Positions 1-9,176 of a DNA stretch of 64,000 nucleotides are shown here, in pieces. A program made the translations under genes and the position numbers. The stretch is from a virus. The notes below the pieces were generated by a model. The model was given only the letters and a program-made list of their open reading frames with translations. It had not been told where the DNA came from and ran no database searches. The stretch lies in IMG/VR virus record IMGVR_UViG_3300044658_000058, positions 1 to 64,000 of that record. One strand, written 5' to 3'. Position 1 is the stretch's first letter. Every line of letters starts with the position of its first letter.

Positions 1-115
1 ACATAAGCACATCGACCTTATGGTCTTGTGCTTGATCGCATATGCTTTGAACTATCTGGGTTTGTTGTCTTGGGTAGAAATCAAGATGAAGATCTGAAAA
101 GTAGCCTATACGCAA
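1..115 (-). CDS. Metallophosphoesterase, N-terminal part (runs off window)
   Basis: Manual translation from TTG at 115: MRIGYFSDLHLDF...VDVLM; DxH calcineurin-like motif I. Confidence 0.7.
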   Translation of the reverse strand, partial: MRIGYFSDLHLDFYPRQQTQIVQSICDQAQDHKVDVLM

Positions 116-118
116 TTA

Positions 119-382
119 TTAGCCGTTTATTAGGGACAATTCCAATTCTTTGTCGGCATCGCTTTTGTTCTTCCACTTGGTGTAAAGGTCCAAGTAGAGA
201 GCATACAATTCGTTCTGTTTGGAAATATCGTGTTCAGAAAAGAATATACAAAATGTGGGATCAAATGTCAAGTGAATTGATAGCTGACCTAGATTTTTGT
301 CGAGTTTGATGTATGCAACATCTGATAGATTAACGATTGCACACTGCCCATTATACTCTACTTTGATAATATTCGATGCCAT
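119..382 (-). CDS. Hypothetical protein
   Basis: 87 aa ORF with AAGGA SD. Confidence 0.6.
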   Translation of the reverse strand: MASNIIKVEYNGQCAIVNLSDVAYIKLDKNLGQLSIHLTFDPTFCIFFSEHDISKQNELYALYLDLYTKWKNKSDADKELELSLING

Positions 383-448
383 TTACAGTCCTTTAAGTTG
401 CATATTTCTATATATAGCAGTAGATTTTAAATACTTATAAGGATCAAC

Positions 449-622
449 ATGACAATTTCACACAAAGGGCTCTGCCCATGCGAAGATTTTGAATTCTCAC
501 TTCGATATAAAAGTCCATCGGAAGAAGCTGTTCCTCTCTTCTGTCCATTCTGCGGCGTCGGCATAGAACAAGACGAACCGGATACAGAGGACGAAGAAGA
601 CAGCATTTATGACGACGAATAA
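449..622 (+). CDS. Small zinc-ribbon protein with acidic tail
   Basis: Manual ORF MTISHKGLCPC...FCPFCG...DEEDSIYDDE; AAGGA SD; overlaps next start. Confidence 0.65.
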   Translation: MTISHKGLCPCEDFEFSLRYKSPSEEAVPLFCPFCGVGIEQDEPDTEDEEDSIYDDE

Positions 623-1046
623 CATCTGGTTATTCGAAGGTACTGAATTTGGGGAAGACCAAGACGTATCGTCTTACGTCGGCTTCATCTACAAACTCAC
701 GAATCTCGAAACCGGCAAAAAATATATCGGGAAAAAAACTTTCTGGACTCCGAAAGTTTCCCAAAAAAAGAATAAGCAGACTGGAAAGGTCAAGAAAACC
801 CGTACCAAGGTGCCATCAGATTGGCGTGAGTACGTATCATCAAATGACGAAATCAAGGCGGAAGCGGCTTCCGGCGTCCAGTTCAAGAAAGAAATCCTAC
901 ATCTCTGTAAAAGCAAGGCAGAGATGACCTACTATGAAACCAAATTTCAGTTCGAATTCGATGTGCTTCTATCAGACGATTATTATAACGGCTGGATTAT
1001 GTGCCGTGTTCGCAAGGCCCATTTGAAAAGCTTACGAAAGGGGTAA
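609..1046 (+). CDS. GIY-YIG endonuclease (endonuclease II-like)
   Basis: GFIY...KYIG motif, conserved E and YYNG. Confidence 0.75.
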   Translation: MTTNNIWLFEGTEFGEDQDVSSYVGFIYKLTNLETGKKYIGKKTFWTPKVSQKKNKQTGKVKKTRTKVPSDWREYVSSNDEIKAEAASGVQFKKEILHLCKSKAEMTYYETKFQFEFDVLLSDDYYNGWIMCRVRKAHLKSLRKG

Positions 1047-1220
1047 CCCATTCAATCGCTCTATTTCTCTCATAGCGATATGAACTGTAAGGGCTCTTTT
1101 GAACTGGCCTTCATCCTTCAAAGCAGTGCTAAGGTCTTTTAACTGCTTCAAAAGTTCTGCCGTGTTGACAACGGTCGGACGCAAATTCAGAGTATTGGAT
1201 TCAGAGATAGGCATTATCAA
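1032..1220 (-). CDS. Hypothetical protein
   Basis: Overlaps upstream gene in early operon. Confidence 0.5.
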   Translation of the reverse strand: MIMPISESNTLNLRPTVVNTAELLKQLKDLSTALKDEGQFKRALTVHIAMREIERLNGLPLS

Positions 1221-1455
1221 ACTCCGTCGTGATCGGATGATTTAGAACGCATACGAACTCGTCGCCGGGCTTATGAGCGGTGTTCCAGTATTCGAGACAG
1301 GAATCGGCATCGTCATTCACCAGACTGATGACGATTTCCTGTTTGACCTTTAGGACTTGCGAACACTGGCGCACAGACGGCCAATCGAGATAATTGGAGC
1401 GCTTCCAAAACGCACAGGCGTAGTCTCGCAAGCGCTCAATCGACAATTCACTCAA
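1201..1455 (-). CDS. Hypothetical protein
   Basis: 4-nt overlap with upstream ORF. Confidence 0.55.
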   Translation of the reverse strand: MSELSIERLRDYACAFWKRSNYLDWPSVRQCSQVLKVKQEIVISLVNDDADSCLEYWNTAHKPGDEFVCVLNHPITTEFDNAYL

Positions 1456-2000
1456 TCGAAATCATCCTCTTCACCGACCTTAAATACCGCCACAAAGGCG
1501 TTGGCGCAACCCGACAGACCGGTTGACTTGCGACCACCCGTGGTGATCTTGGCTATCGCCGGGAACCAACGAAGTTCCTCATGGAAACCAAGCTGCTTCT
1601 GAACACGGGAAGCCTTGTACCCGGCCACCGGAATCCACTTCCGACCGGCCTTGGCGGCAAGATCATCGGGAAGCCTCCACCGACGAACCTTCGGAGCATT
1701 CCACTGGTCCGGACGGAACGTATCCGCAAACCGGTAGACCTTGGAAGCTACCACATTGCCATCGGCGTCACACAGGACGGGGAACTGATGGTAACCTCCC
1801 GTCTTAAGAAGCTTGACCTTCTCACGATTCAAATCGGCAGTGATGCCGTGTGCCCACTGTGAGAGGAAACCATCCGTGTCACAACGCTGGAAAGATTCTT
1901 CCTTCATTTCCAAAGCCCGACGACCTTCGGAGTCCAACTTGGCAATCTCTGCAAGCTGCTCGGCGCTCGGGGCAGGGGCTTCCGTCAAAAAGGCTTCCAT
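1452..2000 (-). CDS. Hypothetical early protein
   Basis: 182 aa, GAGGGA SD, downstream of sigma70-like promoter. Confidence 0.7.
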   Translation of the reverse strand: MEAFLTEAPAPSAEQLAEIAKLDSEGRRALEMKEESFQRCDTDGFLSQWAHGITADLNREKVKLLKTGGYHQFPVLCDADGNVVASKVYRFADTFRPDQWNAPKVRRWRLPDDLAAKAGRKWIPVAGYKASRVQKQLGFHEELRWFPAIAKITTGGRKSTGLSGCANAFVAVFKVGEEDDFD

Positions 2001-2030
2001 CGATCCCTCTTTCTTCTCTCTACATTCATT

Positions 2031-2058
2031 AATATAATCAGAATTTAGAGAATGTCAA
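2031..2058 (-). promoter_or_regulatory. Early sigma70-type promoter
   Basis: TTGACA-N16-TATATT with TGATTATATTAAT core. Confidence 0.6.
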
Positions 2059-2065
2059 GCGACAT

Positions 2066-2239
2066 TCACCAGAAGCTTTCCGGATAATCGTCTTCTTCGA
2101 TTTCTTCCATGGCCTTTTCGATTTCGTCGGCTTCATCCCGACGATTGTAAGGCTCATAATAGGGGTTTCCAACGCCCTTCTCACGAAAGAGCTTGTTCTG
2201 AAACATTGCCTTGGCAATGGGATTCTTGGAACCACGCAT
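2066..2239 (-). CDS. Small protein, weakly ArfA-like
   Basis: MRGSKNPIAKAMFQNKLFREKGV...YNRR; start reassigned to ATG 2239 after GAGGG SD. Confidence 0.55.
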   Translation of the reverse strand: MRGSKNPIAKAMFQNKLFREKGVGNPYYEPYNRRDEADEIEKAMEEIEEDDYPESFW

Positions 2240-2263
2240 TTCTTTACCCTCAATTGCGGAATT

Positions 2264-2292
2264 CATATAATCAAAATATTTATAGGCGTCAA
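2264..2292 (-). promoter_or_regulatory. Early sigma70-type promoter
   Basis: TTGACG-N17-TATATG. Confidence 0.55.
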
Positions 2293-2312
2293 TAGAAAAA
2301 AAGAAAAATAAA

Positions 2313-2338
2313 AAAGGCCGGGAGAAATCCCGGCCTTT
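2313..2338 (-). terminator. Rho-independent terminator
   Basis: GGCCGGGA/TCCCGGCC stem followed by a long U tract on the minus strand. Confidence 0.8.
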
Positions 2339-2359
2339 CAACATCAAAACGAACCGATC

Positions 2360-3091
2360 TTACGCTTCGATGGTGATTTCCGTCTTGGCTTCACGGATCA
2401 AGTTCGCAACGCCGGTCTGTCCATTCTCTTCAAGAATGGTCAAGGCGATGGCAAGCTTGTCGTTGGCCCGGTCGATGTTCGCACGTGGCGGCATGGAAGC
2501 GGCAAGCTGTACCGGTTCCTCATGCACATTGGTATTCGCCGCCGTTTCGGCAACCGGAGGCGGTGCGGGCTGTTCCGTTACCGGAGCCGGTTTCGGCTTG
2601 CGGTTGTAAACCCGAACTTCGACATGATAGCCGAAGTTTTCCGCAAGCTGGTTGCGAAGCTGGTAGCCGAACGTCTTCATGTTCTTGTCGGCGTCGTTGT
2701 CCACATTGCGATAGATGTTCTGCGCAATGTCGAACATAGTTCTGGCTTCCTTGTCGGTCACCATGATTTCCGGACCCCATTCACGGCCACCGGCCTTGGT
2801 GATCCCGGCCTTGTTCAAGCGGGCCTGAATGCCCTTGGGGAATTTTTCGAGAAACTTCTTGTTTCTGAAAATTGCCAAGGGAAACCGGACAGCCTTCGTT
2901 TCCGGAGCCGGATTGGCATTGTCAGCCTTCGCCGCTGGCTTTGCCTTTGCCGCCTTGGAAGCTTCTGCCTTGGGAGCTTCTGCCTTGGGAGCGGCAACCG
3001 GAGCCGTCTTTTCCGGCGCTCCATTTCCCTGTGCCGCATTGATGGCGGCTTCGGATGTGGACGTACCGGTTTCGTTGTTCAACGTATCCAT
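2360..3091 (-). CDS. Ala/Pro/Lys-rich hypothetical protein
   Basis: 243 aa, AAGGT SD, APKAE repeats. Confidence 0.7.
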   Translation of the reverse strand: MDTLNNETGTSTSEAAINAAQGNGAPEKTAPVAAPKAEAPKAEASKAAKAKPAAKADNANPAPETKAVRFPLAIFRNKKFLEKFPKGIQARLNKAGITKAGGREWGPEIMVTDKEARTMFDIAQNIYRNVDNDADKNMKTFGYQLRNQLAENFGYHVEVRVYNRKPKPAPVTEQPAPPPVAETAANTNVHEEPVQLAASMPPRANIDRANDKLAIALTILEENGQTGVANLIREAKTEITIEA

Positions 3092-3283
3092 TGTTGCACC
3101 TTTCTACTCATTACAAACATTGCCTTTTCAGCAATTTTCGTTCCCCGAATGATTTCGGTTAAGGCGTCATATAGATCGAGCTTTGAACTTTTACAAGAGA
3201 AAAAACAGAAAAATCAATGAGATTCCATTGAGGATTTTAAAAACCCCAATGAAATCAACATCTTAGCACATACAAAATTTTTC

Positions 3284-5227
3284 CTATTTAGCTACCAAAT
3301 CAACGATTTCGCAATTTCCAGCTACGCAAGAAAGCTCTTGGCTACCGCTAGTTTTATCCTCTGTTTCATATTCGGACAACTTTGACCAATCAACATCAGT
3401 CGGCATTCTGGCCAACAGAGCTTCATAGTCTTCCTTGGAACATTCCTGATATGGCGCTTGCTGATATGTGTGATCAGAATGCGGTAGGAATGAAACACCG
3501 CCTACATGATCGAAATTATCGTAAACCCAAGCGCCAACTTGGAACCATTCGTCTTCCTTGACCGTGATGGTGATCGACGGATTGTGTTCCGTCCAGAAAG
3601 TGCGATAGGTTTTCCAAATTTCCAAATGCTGAATAGCCGAGAGCGAGTCTCTAAAAATTGCGTGGTCTGGCGATTTAATGGGAAACGAGAACACATAATT
3701 GTGGTTCGGGTTCATCACATCATCTTCGAAAACGAAGCCCATGTCAACCATCATTTGTGCCAATGGGTCTTTTTTGTCCGCTCTCACGGTACGAATATAA
3801 TATGGAGAATGGCGGGTATGGATACCGGAGCTTGCATCTGTCAACTGTGAGATTGTACCGGAAGGCTTAACCGTGGTGATCGCAGCGGATGCCGGAATTC
3901 CGAGATATCCTGCAAATTCCTCATTGACACGGATGGTTTCAGCTTTTAGTTCCGTCAACCATTCTTCAAGGATGGCGGTTCCCTTCGAACCGTTCATGGT
4001 TTCATTATCCATGATGCCGGTCAGAGAGACGCCTAGCAAACGCTCTTCGTCACAGTTCTGTTTCCATTTACGGTTAATATATTTGAAATCTGTAAGCGTG
4101 GACTGGAATGTTCCCAAAATCGTAGCCAGACGAACTTTACGCTTAAGCGATTCCAGATCGTCGGTAGCACGAACCACTACTTCGGATAGATTGCAGAATT
4201 CATACGGACGAAGGATGATTTCGCCACAAGGATTGACACCCCAATCCTTTCCAACTTCACGGCGACCAATCTTTTCAACCTGTTTGTCGGCTGCAACTCG
4301 ATTGAAGATGCCACGTTCACCAGATTTGGAACGATAAAGAGCAAGCCATTCCTCCATAAAAATGCCAATTTCCGGCTTTTCAGTGTAGGCGGCTGAATTG
4401 TTTGCAATGGCACGTTGTGGATTGACTTCCCACCATTGGCCGGACTTGGCATTGCGCATACGGTCGTCGGAAAGATTCGAAAGAGAAATCAATGCCGAGC
4501 GGCGCACACCACCCACGACCACGATTTGGGCAATCTTGCAAACCAAGTCATGGCATTCGACTGATGTCAGCTTACGTCCGGCTGCGTTTCGGAAAAGGCG
4601 AACAGCAAAGCGGAAAAGGTCTTCCAAAGGACCGGGACCGGAAGAACGACCACCAAAGGTCTTAAGACGAGCACCAGCCGGGCGAAGCTTGGATGTGTCC
4701 CACTTTGGAATCTGTCCACCATAGAGAAGGTGGATAAGCTCTTTCAGAGCCTTAGCCCAACCGAGCTTTGAATCCGATACGACAATGGTTGTATCGGTTG
4801 GAAAGAAGTCGTCTGCGATTTCAGGCAACTTCGAAACAAATTGGCGTTCAACAGAAAAGCCGACGCCAGTACCATTCATGAGAATGTAGAGAATTTCGTC
4901 AAACGCCGTTGTGCGGTCGATTGGCAAGAAAGAGCAATTATAACCAGCAATATTATCACGCTCTAGAGCGGGACCAGCGGTCATAAGGGCTCTCATGGAA
5001 GGCATGACTTCCAAATTCAAAACAGCTTCTTCAAGCTGATTGCGAACCGTACTCACATCGAAATGATGCTTAGTGTTCAAATGGTCCGTGAAAAAATCAA
5101 AATATCTTCCTACGGTTTCGGGCCAGCTTTCACGTCTGTTCTCTGTTTCAAGCCATCTTGAATATCGAGACAGGAAAATAAATTGCTGATAAACGTCCAT
5201 TCCGTAATTATTTTTTGTACTAAGCAT
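3284..5227 (-). CDS. nrdJ: Class II (B12-dependent) ribonucleotide reductase
   Basis: YNCSF, NPCGEI, FCNLSE and TVKPSGT motifs; C-terminal CVAGNC; no beta subunit nearby. Confidence 0.9.
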   Translation of the reverse strand: MLSTKNNYGMDVYQQFIFLSRYSRWLETENRRESWPETVGRYFDFFTDHLNTKHHFDVSTVRNQLEEAVLNLEVMPSMRALMTAGPALERDNIAGYNCSFLPIDRTTAFDEILYILMNGTGVGFSVERQFVSKLPEIADDFFPTDTTIVVSDSKLGWAKALKELIHLLYGGQIPKWDTSKLRPAGARLKTFGGRSSGPGPLEDLFRFAVRLFRNAAGRKLTSVECHDLVCKIAQIVVVGGVRRSALISLSNLSDDRMRNAKSGQWWEVNPQRAIANNSAAYTEKPEIGIFMEEWLALYRSKSGERGIFNRVAADKQVEKIGRREVGKDWGVNPCGEIILRPYEFCNLSEVVVRATDDLESLKRKVRLATILGTFQSTLTDFKYINRKWKQNCDEERLLGVSLTGIMDNETMNGSKGTAILEEWLTELKAETIRVNEEFAGYLGIPASAAITTVKPSGTISQLTDASSGIHTRHSPYYIRTVRADKKDPLAQMMVDMGFVFEDDVMNPNHNYVFSFPIKSPDHAIFRDSLSAIQHLEIWKTYRTFWTEHNPSITITVKEDEWFQVGAWVYDNFDHVGGVSFLPHSDHTYQQAPYQECSKEDYEALLARMPTDVDWSKLSEYETEDKTSGSQELSCVAGNCEIVDLVAK

Positions 5228-5319
5228 AAGTGTCCTTCTTCTTATTATTGTTCATAGGGAGTCTATGTAGCCAACCGAAAATCGGCTACTCTAGAATCCA
5301 GTTCTTTATTGATTGGTGA

Positions 5320-6240
5320 TTAAGAAATATTTTCCCAAGAATCTGGGATATAATTGCCGGAAATCATCTTTCTGTGCTGTTTCCAGCCAAAATAATTCCC
5401 GTGTTGTTCTTGGTTTTCCCAAGCTTTTCGACCAAAATGAGGGTTACCACCGACGACAATTCGTCTATCCGGTGTAGCTTGGTGTTCAGCGGGAGAGGCA
5501 TGAACCGGTGTTGAACCGACAAGATCGTGATAACGCTGAAATTCCTTTTCAAGCGAAGCGTTGCCGTCAAAAGGCGTGTAGCTCACACGGGCACAGCGGG
5601 CGACAGAGAGCTTGATCGCTTCCGAGATACCGTTATCACCGGGCTTGACCACACTTCTTCCAACATAAGCTTGACGTTCATTCAACGTCACATATGGAAG
5701 GTGCCATTCGCCATGCTTCAAAAGCTTTGGTGTCGAGCCATTACGGGCTTCGATGATCTTCTGTGCCAATAGCTCTATTTCGGGTTGTGCGTCTTCATGA
5801 TCACGCAACCCGTCAAAATTGGCCCAATGTGTGGAGGAAAGAAGAGCGTCCACATACATGAACGGTTCGATAATGCGACCGGCCCATTGCTTGTGAAGTC
5901 CAAGCTCAAAAAGAAGTTCAGCATAGTTGGCAGCGGCCAACGCCGCTTGACGCCATATGCGTTCAGCTTCGGCAGCATCTTCCGGATGCATAGGTTCGGA
6001 AGACTGCATCCCCGGTTTGTTCTTCTGCCATTTGAGAGGCACGACCGGGTTGTTGATAATTTCTTGAATGAGTTTCTTGGTAGGGACAGCCCTAGTAGAG
6101 CGGGCGTTACGAGAGAATTGTCTGTGAGTATTGAATTCCGCCAGAATTAATCGGGGAAATCTTAATTGTAGAGTGGTAAGTCTAATGCCTTCGTCTGATA
6201 TACTATCTTCGATGACTTGCGCCGAAATTTCCGTTTGCAA
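5320..6240 (-). CDS. thyX: Flavin-dependent thymidylate synthase
   Basis: EFNTHRQFSRNARSTR motif; HASPAEHQA. Confidence 0.88.
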   Translation of the reverse strand: MQTEISAQVIEDSISDEGIRLTTLQLRFPRLILAEFNTHRQFSRNARSTRAVPTKKLIQEIINNPVVPLKWQKNKPGMQSSEPMHPEDAAEAERIWRQAALAAANYAELLFELGLHKQWAGRIIEPFMYVDALLSSTHWANFDGLRDHEDAQPEIELLAQKIIEARNGSTPKLLKHGEWHLPYVTLNERQAYVGRSVVKPGDNGISEAIKLSVARCARVSYTPFDGNASLEKEFQRYHDLVGSTPVHASPAEHQATPDRRIVVGGNPHFGRKAWENQEQHGNYFGWKQHRKMISGNYIPDSWENIS

Positions 6241-7264
6241 TTTCTAATTTTTTCCAGTCTGAAAGTTTTAATTTTAGAGTCATGCCTCGGAATGTTCCAT
6301 CATCAATAAATTTCTTCACCTTTTCAGGGGCAATAATGCCATCACGAATGTTTTCATTGAAATCTTTCTTCAATGCTTTATTCGATGGCCAAACAAACAT
6401 CGGGTAACCGGCATCCGCCGTCTTATCGATGCGTTTGATTAGTTCTTTGTTACGGGGCTGATTATCAAAAATGACAACAGTCTGTTCTTTTGGTATGATT
6501 TGTCCAACTTTGGAGAAATCAGCACCAGAAACCGCAATCGCATTGTCCATAAACATGGAATCGAAAGCGCCTTCGAACGTATAGACTGTTTGTCCCACGT
6601 TAATGCGTTCAAGATTGAAGATCAACGGTTCATCGTCCGATCTTCGAAGCATAATATAACGGAGAGGGGAAGGCTTGATCGCACGTGCAGTGACGCCAAC
6701 CAATTCCTTCTGTCTGTTGTATATAGGAATTACGATTCTTGGCTCATGGCCAAATTTCGTATCATCATATCGGCCCGGAAACAGCGTCGATATGGCCTTC
6801 ATATCATCAGTGTAATACAGACGATCAAACCAGACGAACGGTATCTTTCGAGATTTGAGATACTGATAGGCGTCGTGATGTTCATCGAGTCTGGATATTT
6901 TCGTCGCCAGACGATCAATAGAACTTGTTCGCAGGGAAAAGAAGGCATCGGTAGCTGACTTTTCAGTCTCTTCCTCTAGCTTTTCTTCTTCCTGCTTATC
7001 TCGGAACTGTTCAAAACGATATTCTCTATACAATATCGGGTTGACATGTTCCAACAATGTGGAAAAATACATGCCCGCACCGCAATTGTGACAGGCATAC
7101 TTGTATTTTTGTCCTCTTAGGTAGATATATCCTCTGGCACGACGCTTATTGGTCGCAGAATCACCGCATATGGGACACGAGAATTCCCATACATTGTTTT
7201 GTTTTTTCTTGAAGTTTCTAACGGATGAAGATAGAAGAGCGATATATTTTTGTTCAATCCACAT
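6203..7264 (-). CDS. 61: DNA primase (gp61-like)
   Basis: CPICGDS...CHNC zinc finger; EGAFDS and DNQPRN TOPRIM motifs. Confidence 0.92.
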   Translation of the reverse strand: MWIEQKYIALLSSSVRNFKKKQNNVWEFSCPICGDSATNKRRARGYIYLRGQKYKYACHNCGAGMYFSTLLEHVNPILYREYRFEQFRDKQEEEKLEEETEKSATDAFFSLRTSSIDRLATKISRLDEHHDAYQYLKSRKIPFVWFDRLYYTDDMKAISTLFPGRYDDTKFGHEPRIVIPIYNRQKELVGVTARAIKPSPLRYIMLRRSDDEPLIFNLERINVGQTVYTFEGAFDSMFMDNAIAVSGADFSKVGQIIPKEQTVVIFDNQPRNKELIKRIDKTADAGYPMFVWPSNKALKKDFNENIRDGIIAPEKVKKFIDDGTFRGMTLKLKLSDWKKLEIANGNFGASHRR

Positions 7265-7273
7265 TATCCAGCG

Positions 7274-7302
7274 ATCTTATCAGGATTAATGTGGATTGTC
7301 AA
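7274..7302 (-). promoter_or_regulatory. Sigma70 promoter for primase overlapping a 12-bp inverted repeat
   Basis: TTGACA-N17-TAAGAT; IR at 7255-7266/7287-7298. Confidence 0.65.
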
Positions 7303-7310
7303 TGAAAATT

Positions 7311-8516
7311 CTAAACGGGCTCATAAATCTTGAGCCAATCGAGGATCATATCACATGGAAACACGGCATCCGAAGTTGGAGAGCCGGGCCATGAGCCACC
7401 CATAGCGATATTCAGAAGAATATACCAAGATTGTCCCGGCGATCTATTTTCCATGACGATTGTTTTTACACCATCGAAATCGAAAATAATTTCTTCATCG
7501 GTTATGCTTATTCCGTACACATGAAAATCTGTCAAATCCGTTACATTAGGGATACCAAGCAATCTGATATCGAGAGGATATCCAAGTGCCAGTGGTGAAT
7601 TGGTTGTGGAAGTCCAATGTTGTGTAGAATAGTATGTCCACGCATTTGCATTCGAATTAATCGGCCATTCCATCATATCGATTTCTGGTGGCCATGCTCC
7701 ATTAGTCGGCATTAGCCAAAATGCTGGCCAAGCACCACGCTTGCCAAGCACAGGCATGGCCAGACGACATTCTACACGACTGCCGGGAGCGGCGGTTTTG
7801 AGCGTTCTCGACGTGATCATGGATGCCGTGTAATTCCACGATCTATTGCTGTATGTTAGAGGCGTAGTCAATTTCTCGGAACGCAACACACGCTTTCCGT
7901 TAACGACTGGAAAAGGATTCGTACCGGGGAACACGACCGGATCGGCATAAAGACCCAATTCCTTGTTTCCGTCCTGTGTTCTGCCATGTGCCGGGCGTGA
8001 TTGCCAACATGGAGTCCCATCCGGAAGGAAGCCAGTGTCACTAAACTGGAAACCGTTTACAAAATCCGTTTGGAATGCGAGCTTGTAACCGCTGGAAACG
8101 ACTTGTTGTGGGTTTAGGCTGAACGTTATCCACCCACTCGATTTCGCCACGGATGCCCCTGTGATCGCTTTCAAATAGACTTCGATAGTCTTGCCTTCGG
8201 CATTATTACCCCTAAGCTGGATAACAATTTCTTGTTCGGTCTTATCGCCCGGCTGGAAAACGAAGCCGCCATTAGAGGCGATGTAGTTGGTTCCTTGATT
8301 GGTGCCGGTTCCATTACGTGTCTGGAATGAGCCTATGACGGTATCACGTGGTGTGCCGGTCAAAGAAAGCTTTAGACGGGCTTCCGTAGCAGTTGGCAAT
8401 ACGGTAACGTCAGCCAATGAGATTGTAATGGGAGCGACGGAATCGGTAAGGAAATCCATCAGTCTCGGGTTAATCTCTATCAATTTACGGGTATCTGTGG
8501 AGGCGAGACGTTTCAT
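7311..8516 (-). CDS. GH16 glycoside hydrolase with N-terminal Calx-beta-like domain
   Basis: WPAFWL...WPPEIDMME (EXDXXE catalytic motif), DFHVYG, LNIAMGGSWPG. Confidence 0.85.
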   Translation of the reverse strand: MKRLASTDTRKLIEINPRLMDFLTDSVAPITISLADVTVLPTATEARLKLSLTGTPRDTVIGSFQTRNGTGTNQGTNYIASNGGFVFQPGDKTEQEIVIQLRGNNAEGKTIEVYLKAITGASVAKSSGWITFSLNPQQVVSSGYKLAFQTDFVNGFQFSDTGFLPDGTPCWQSRPAHGRTQDGNKELGLYADPVVFPGTNPFPVVNGKRVLRSEKLTTPLTYSNRSWNYTASMITSRTLKTAAPGSRVECRLAMPVLGKRGAWPAFWLMPTNGAWPPEIDMMEWPINSNANAWTYYSTQHWTSTTNSPLALGYPLDIRLLGIPNVTDLTDFHVYGISITDEEIIFDFDGVKTIVMENRSPGQSWYILLNIAMGGSWPGSPTSDAVFPCDMILDWLKIYEPV

Positions 8517-8593
8517 GAGAGAATTCCTTATGTTGGGAGATATAATTGTTTATAGCATTTCAGAAACAACGATGGTGCATGGAATAAAAACAA

Positions 8594-8647
8594 AAAGACC
8601 GCTGATGTTTCAGGGGATTTCGATCCTGTCTAACATCAGCGGTCTTT
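8594..8647 (-). terminator. Long hairpin terminator after tRNA-Ala
   Basis: 16-bp perfect IR AAAGACCGCTGATGTT; U-rich tail on minus strand. Confidence 0.7.
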
Positions 8648-8650
8648 GAT

Positions 8651-8723
8651 TGGAGCCAGTGAGATTCGAACTCACAACCTTTACCTTGCAAGGGTACTGC
8701 TCGCCCAATTGAGCTATGGCCCC
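8651..8723 (-). tRNA. tRNA-Ala(UGC), CCA not encoded
   Basis: Cloverleaf GGGGCCA/TGGCTCC with G3:U70; anticodon TGC; TTCGAAT T-loop. Confidence 0.92.
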
Positions 8724-8766
8724 GGCACTCGACTACATGCCGAGTGGCGGATATGTCTCATGGGTT

Positions 8767-8774
8767 TATTTATA
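8767..8774 (-). promoter_or_regulatory. T4-type late promoter
   Basis: TATAAATA upstream of tRNA-Ala. Confidence 0.55.
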
Positions 8775-8945
8775 CCGCTTGACGTGAAAAGTCAAGCGGT
8801 ACTTTTATTTTTCTACCACAACGGTTTCAGTTTCGACAACCACAATTTTGTGTGCCATTACATAATTGGATACATTAAACAATGCTATGGCGATTAAAAG
8901 GCCAGCGATCACCACATAGACTGGCTTTGCAATGATCTTCATATC

Positions 8946-9161
8946 TTATTTCATAATTCCCTGAAAGAATGTTTTGATAGAGTCCCAAAACATGAACAGA
9001 GAAATAAATCCACCAATGGCAACCAAAATAACATTACGAAAATATTGCCCAAGCCACCCAAGGGCTTCCTGTTTTCTAATCATGTCTCGCATGATTTCAT
9101 AATCTTTCCGAGGAAGTTTAACATCGATGATTTCATCATCTCTGTTGATATCGTCTGCCAT
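8946..9161 (-). CDS. Small membrane protein (holin/antiholin candidate)
   Basis: One C-terminal TM segment; next to spanins. Confidence 0.55.
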   Translation of the reverse strand: MADDINRDDEIIDVKLPRKDYEIMRDMIRKQEALGWLGQYFRNVILVAIGGFISLFMFWDSIKTFFQGIMK

Positions 9162-9176
9162 AATCGGTGAGCCCCC

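Noticed and set aside
2522-3220. Long antisense ORFs (also 37418-37984, 50398-51090, 61669-62292, 63077-63751)
   Set aside because: They are shadows of well-supported genes on the opposite strand, with no SD or recognisable motifs.
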